A DNA stretch of 18,738 nt from NCBI GenBank assembly GCA_040901985.1, contig JBBDYC010000008.1, forward strand, positions 314,636 through 333,373. The letters are read 5' to 3'. The translations under genes were made by a program, and so were the position numbers. The notes under the pieces were generated by a model. That model ran no database searches, was not told the DNA's origin, and saw nothing but the letters and a program-made list of their open reading frames with translations. Shown in pieces: positions 16,698-18,738 of the stretch (position 1 is its first letter; the number at the start of each line of letters is the position of its first letter). Source of the stretch: Gemmatimonadaceae bacterium (lineage in GTDB: Bacteria; Gemmatimonadota; Gemmatimonadetes; Gemmatimonadales; Gemmatimonadaceae).

Positions 16698-18617
16698 ATG
16701 GCCGACCAGAATACCGCCGACGTCGCCTCCGAACAGGAAGCGCGCGACGTCGCCGAGGACGCACGCGAGACCGAGTGGGAGTATCCAAGCTTCGTAAAGG
16801 AGCTTTTTCTCGGGCGGTTCGACTTCGGCCTGATCCACCCGCATCCAGAAGAGGATCCCGCCGCCGAGGCCGAGGGCGCGGCGTGGCTCGCCAAGCTCAA
16901 GGCGTTCCTCGAGCGCTACGACGCCGATATGGTGGACCGCACGGGCGACATTCCCGAGGCGTACGTGCAGGAGCTGCGCGAACTCGGCGCATTCGGGATT
17001 AAGATCCCCAAGGAGTACGGCGGGCTGGGGCTCTCGCAGATGACCTACGTGAAGGCGATGGAGCTCGTCACATCGCGCTGCGGCTCGCTCTGCGCAATGC
17101 TCTCGGCGTCGCAGTCCATCGGCGTGCCGCAGCCGCTCAAGCTCTTCGGCACCGAGGAGCAGAAGCGGAAGTTCTTCCCGCAGATCGCCAAGGGCGGGAT
17201 CACCGCCTTCGCGCTCACCGAGGTGAACGCCGGGTCCGACCCGGCGAATATGACGACGACGGCGACGCCGAGCGCCGACGGCGCCGAGTGGACGATCAAC
17301 GGCGAGAAGCTCTGGTGCACCAACGGCACGCGGGCGGACCTCTTCGTGGTGATGGCGCGGACGCCGAACCGCGTGGTGGACGGCAAGCTGCGCCGCAAGC
17401 AGATCACGGCGTTCATCGTGGAAGCGAAGACGCCGGGCATCAGGATCAAGCATCGCTGCCACTTTATGGGACTGAAGGCGATCGAGAACGGCTGGCTCTC
17501 GTTCACCGATGTGAAGGTCCCCGCCGAGAACATCCTCTGGGGCGAGGGGCGCGGGCTCAAGCTGGCGCTGATCACGCTCAACACGGGTCGCCTGACGATT
17601 CCGGCGTCCGTCGCCGGCGCGACGAAGGGGCTGCTGCGTGGGATCCGCCAGTGGGCGGGGGAGCGCGTGCAGTGGGGCCAGCCAATCGCCAAGCACGACG
17701 CGATCGCCCAGAAGCTGGCGCGGCTCACCGCCAACACCTTCGCGATGGAATCGGTGGCGCTGCTCTCGACCGCGCTGTACGAGCGGGGCGGGACGGACAT
17801 CCGGCTGGAGGCGGCGGTCGCCAAGATGTTCAACACGGAGCTGGCGTGGCGGAGCGTGGACGACGCGCTGCAGATCCGCGGCGGGCGCGGCTACGAGACG
17901 GCTGACTCCCTTCGTGCCCGCGGCGAATCGCCGCTACCTGTGGAACGGGCGATGCGCGACAGCCGGATCAACCTGATCTTCGAGGGGTCGAGCGAGATCA
18001 TGCGGCTGTTCATCGCCCGTGAGGCGGTGGACCAGCACTTCTCGATCGCCTTCCCGATCGTCGCGCCGGAGTCGTCGTTCGGCACGCGCGTGAAGGCGGC
18101 GCTCAAGGCGGCGCCGTTCTACCTCGCCTGGTATCCGGCGCGGTGGATCCCGTCGTTCCGCCGCTACGGGGAGTTCGGCCCGTTGGCGCGCCACCTGCGC
18201 TTTGCCGCCCGGGCCACCGAGCGGCTCGGCCGCGCGCTCTTCCACGCGATGGTACGGTTTGGCCCCAAGCTGGAGAAGCGGCAGATGGTCCTCTTCCGCG
18301 CCGTGGACATCGGGGCCGAGCTCTACGCGATGAGCGCGACGATCGCCCGCGCGCAGATGCTCCACGGGCAGGGGAACGCGCAGGCGCGCATCCTCGCCGA
18401 CGCCTTCTGCCGCGAGTCGCGCGACCGGATTGCGGCGAGCTTCCGCGCGCTCTACGGCAAGCACGACGTGGCGCTCTACCGGCTGGCACAGTCGGTCGTG
18501 CGCGGGGAGCACGCGTGGCTCGAGACGGGGATCGTGGACGACTTCGACGTCCCGCGCACCGTCGTGCCGGCGGTCCCTTCGTCGTCGCACGCTCGGGAGA
18601 CTGTCGGGGCTGGCTGA
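16698..18617 (+). CDS. Acyl-CoA dehydrogenase, long VLCAD/FadE10-like type, 639 aa
   Basis: GGAGG at 16685-16689 precedes ATG 16698. Motifs FALTEVNAGSD, NGEKLWCTNG, LNTGR, QIRGGRGY and RINLIFEGSSEI. The N-terminus EQEARDVAE.ARETEWEYPSFVKELFLG resembles actinobacterial FadE10 (from memory). It has a C-terminal extension. Confidence 0.93.
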   Translation: MADQNTADVASEQEARDVAEDARETEWEYPSFVKELFLGRFDFGLIHPHPEEDPAAEAEGAAWLAKLKAFLERYDADMVDRTGDIPEAYVQELRELGAFGIKIPKEYGGLGLSQMTYVKAMELVTSRCGSLCAMLSASQSIGVPQPLKLFGTEEQKRKFFPQIAKGGITAFALTEVNAGSDPANMTTTATPSADGAEWTINGEKLWCTNGTRADLFVVMARTPNRVVDGKLRRKQITAFIVEAKTPGIRIKHRCHFMGLKAIENGWLSFTDVKVPAENILWGEGRGLKLALITLNTGRLTIPASVAGATKGLLRGIRQWAGERVQWGQPIAKHDAIAQKLARLTANTFAMESVALLSTALYERGGTDIRLEAAVAKMFNTELAWRSVDDALQIRGGRGYETADSLRARGESPLPVERAMRDSRINLIFEGSSEIMRLFIAREAVDQHFSIAFPIVAPESSFGTRVKAALKAAPFYLAWYPARWIPSFRRYGEFGPLARHLRFAARATERLGRALFHAMVRFGPKLEKRQMVLFRAVDIGAELYAMSATIARAQMLHGQGNAQARILADAFCRESRDRIAASFRALYGKHDVALYRLAQSVVRGEHAWLETGIVDDFDVPRTVVPAVPSSSHARETVGAG

Positions 18618-18706
18618 GTCTTCGCGCGTCGGCTTCTTACAACGGGATCTGTGTGTTCGGTCGGGGGGCGGTCGCCCGGCTCCGGGGCCAACGCCTTACA
18701 CGCTGC

Positions 18707-18736
18707 GAGCCCGCGCGAACCGCCGCGCGGTCTCTT
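18707..18736 (+). terminator. Possible GC-rich hairpin/terminator
   Basis: CCGCGCG (18711-18717), 6-nt loop, CGCGCGG (18724-18730), flanked by GAG/CTC. The U tail is weak (TCTCTT) and the site is at the window edge. Confidence 0.25.
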
Positions 18737-18738
18737 GC

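Noticed and set aside
16308..17696. 462-aa minus-strand ORF
   Set aside because: Antisense shadow of SURF1 and the acyl-CoA dehydrogenase.
15046..18617. DUF72, SURF1 and ACAD as members of the kinase/FN3 system
   Set aside because: They show no translational coupling, have separate AT-rich intergenic patches, and belong to unrelated housekeeping-type families.

Overview
High-GC bacterial window (about 68-70% GC by eye). The gene content (zinc-ribbon Hanks kinase with PEGA, lipoproteins) suggests Gemmatimonadota or a similar diderm; that is inference. Left end, minus strand: an SPFH/band-7 gene followed by a small ribbon-helix-helix gene missed by the ORF track, behind a near-consensus sigma70 promoter whose spacer carries ATATC repeats. 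Divergently, on the plus strand, is a translationally coupled three-gene operon: (1) a membrane Ser/Thr kinase (Zn ribbon, kinase, TM, Pro linker, PEGA); (2) an exported protein with a probably inactive trypsin-like domain and a C-terminal membrane anchor; (3) a 3480-aa lipoprotein with 29 tandem FN3 domains (26 carrying a Cys pair), two PPC-like domains and a C-terminal glycine-rich domain resembling the ALK/LTK receptor ligand-binding domain. The right end holds ordinary genes: DUF72, SURF1 and a FadE10-like acyl-CoA dehydrogenase. Across the window the hexamer RTCGAY is strongly depleted and replaced by its C-to-T products, a possible footprint of a C5 DNA methyltransferase. No RNA genes, CRISPR arrays or mobile elements were seen. 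All counts are by hand and all family calls come from motif recognition, not database searches.
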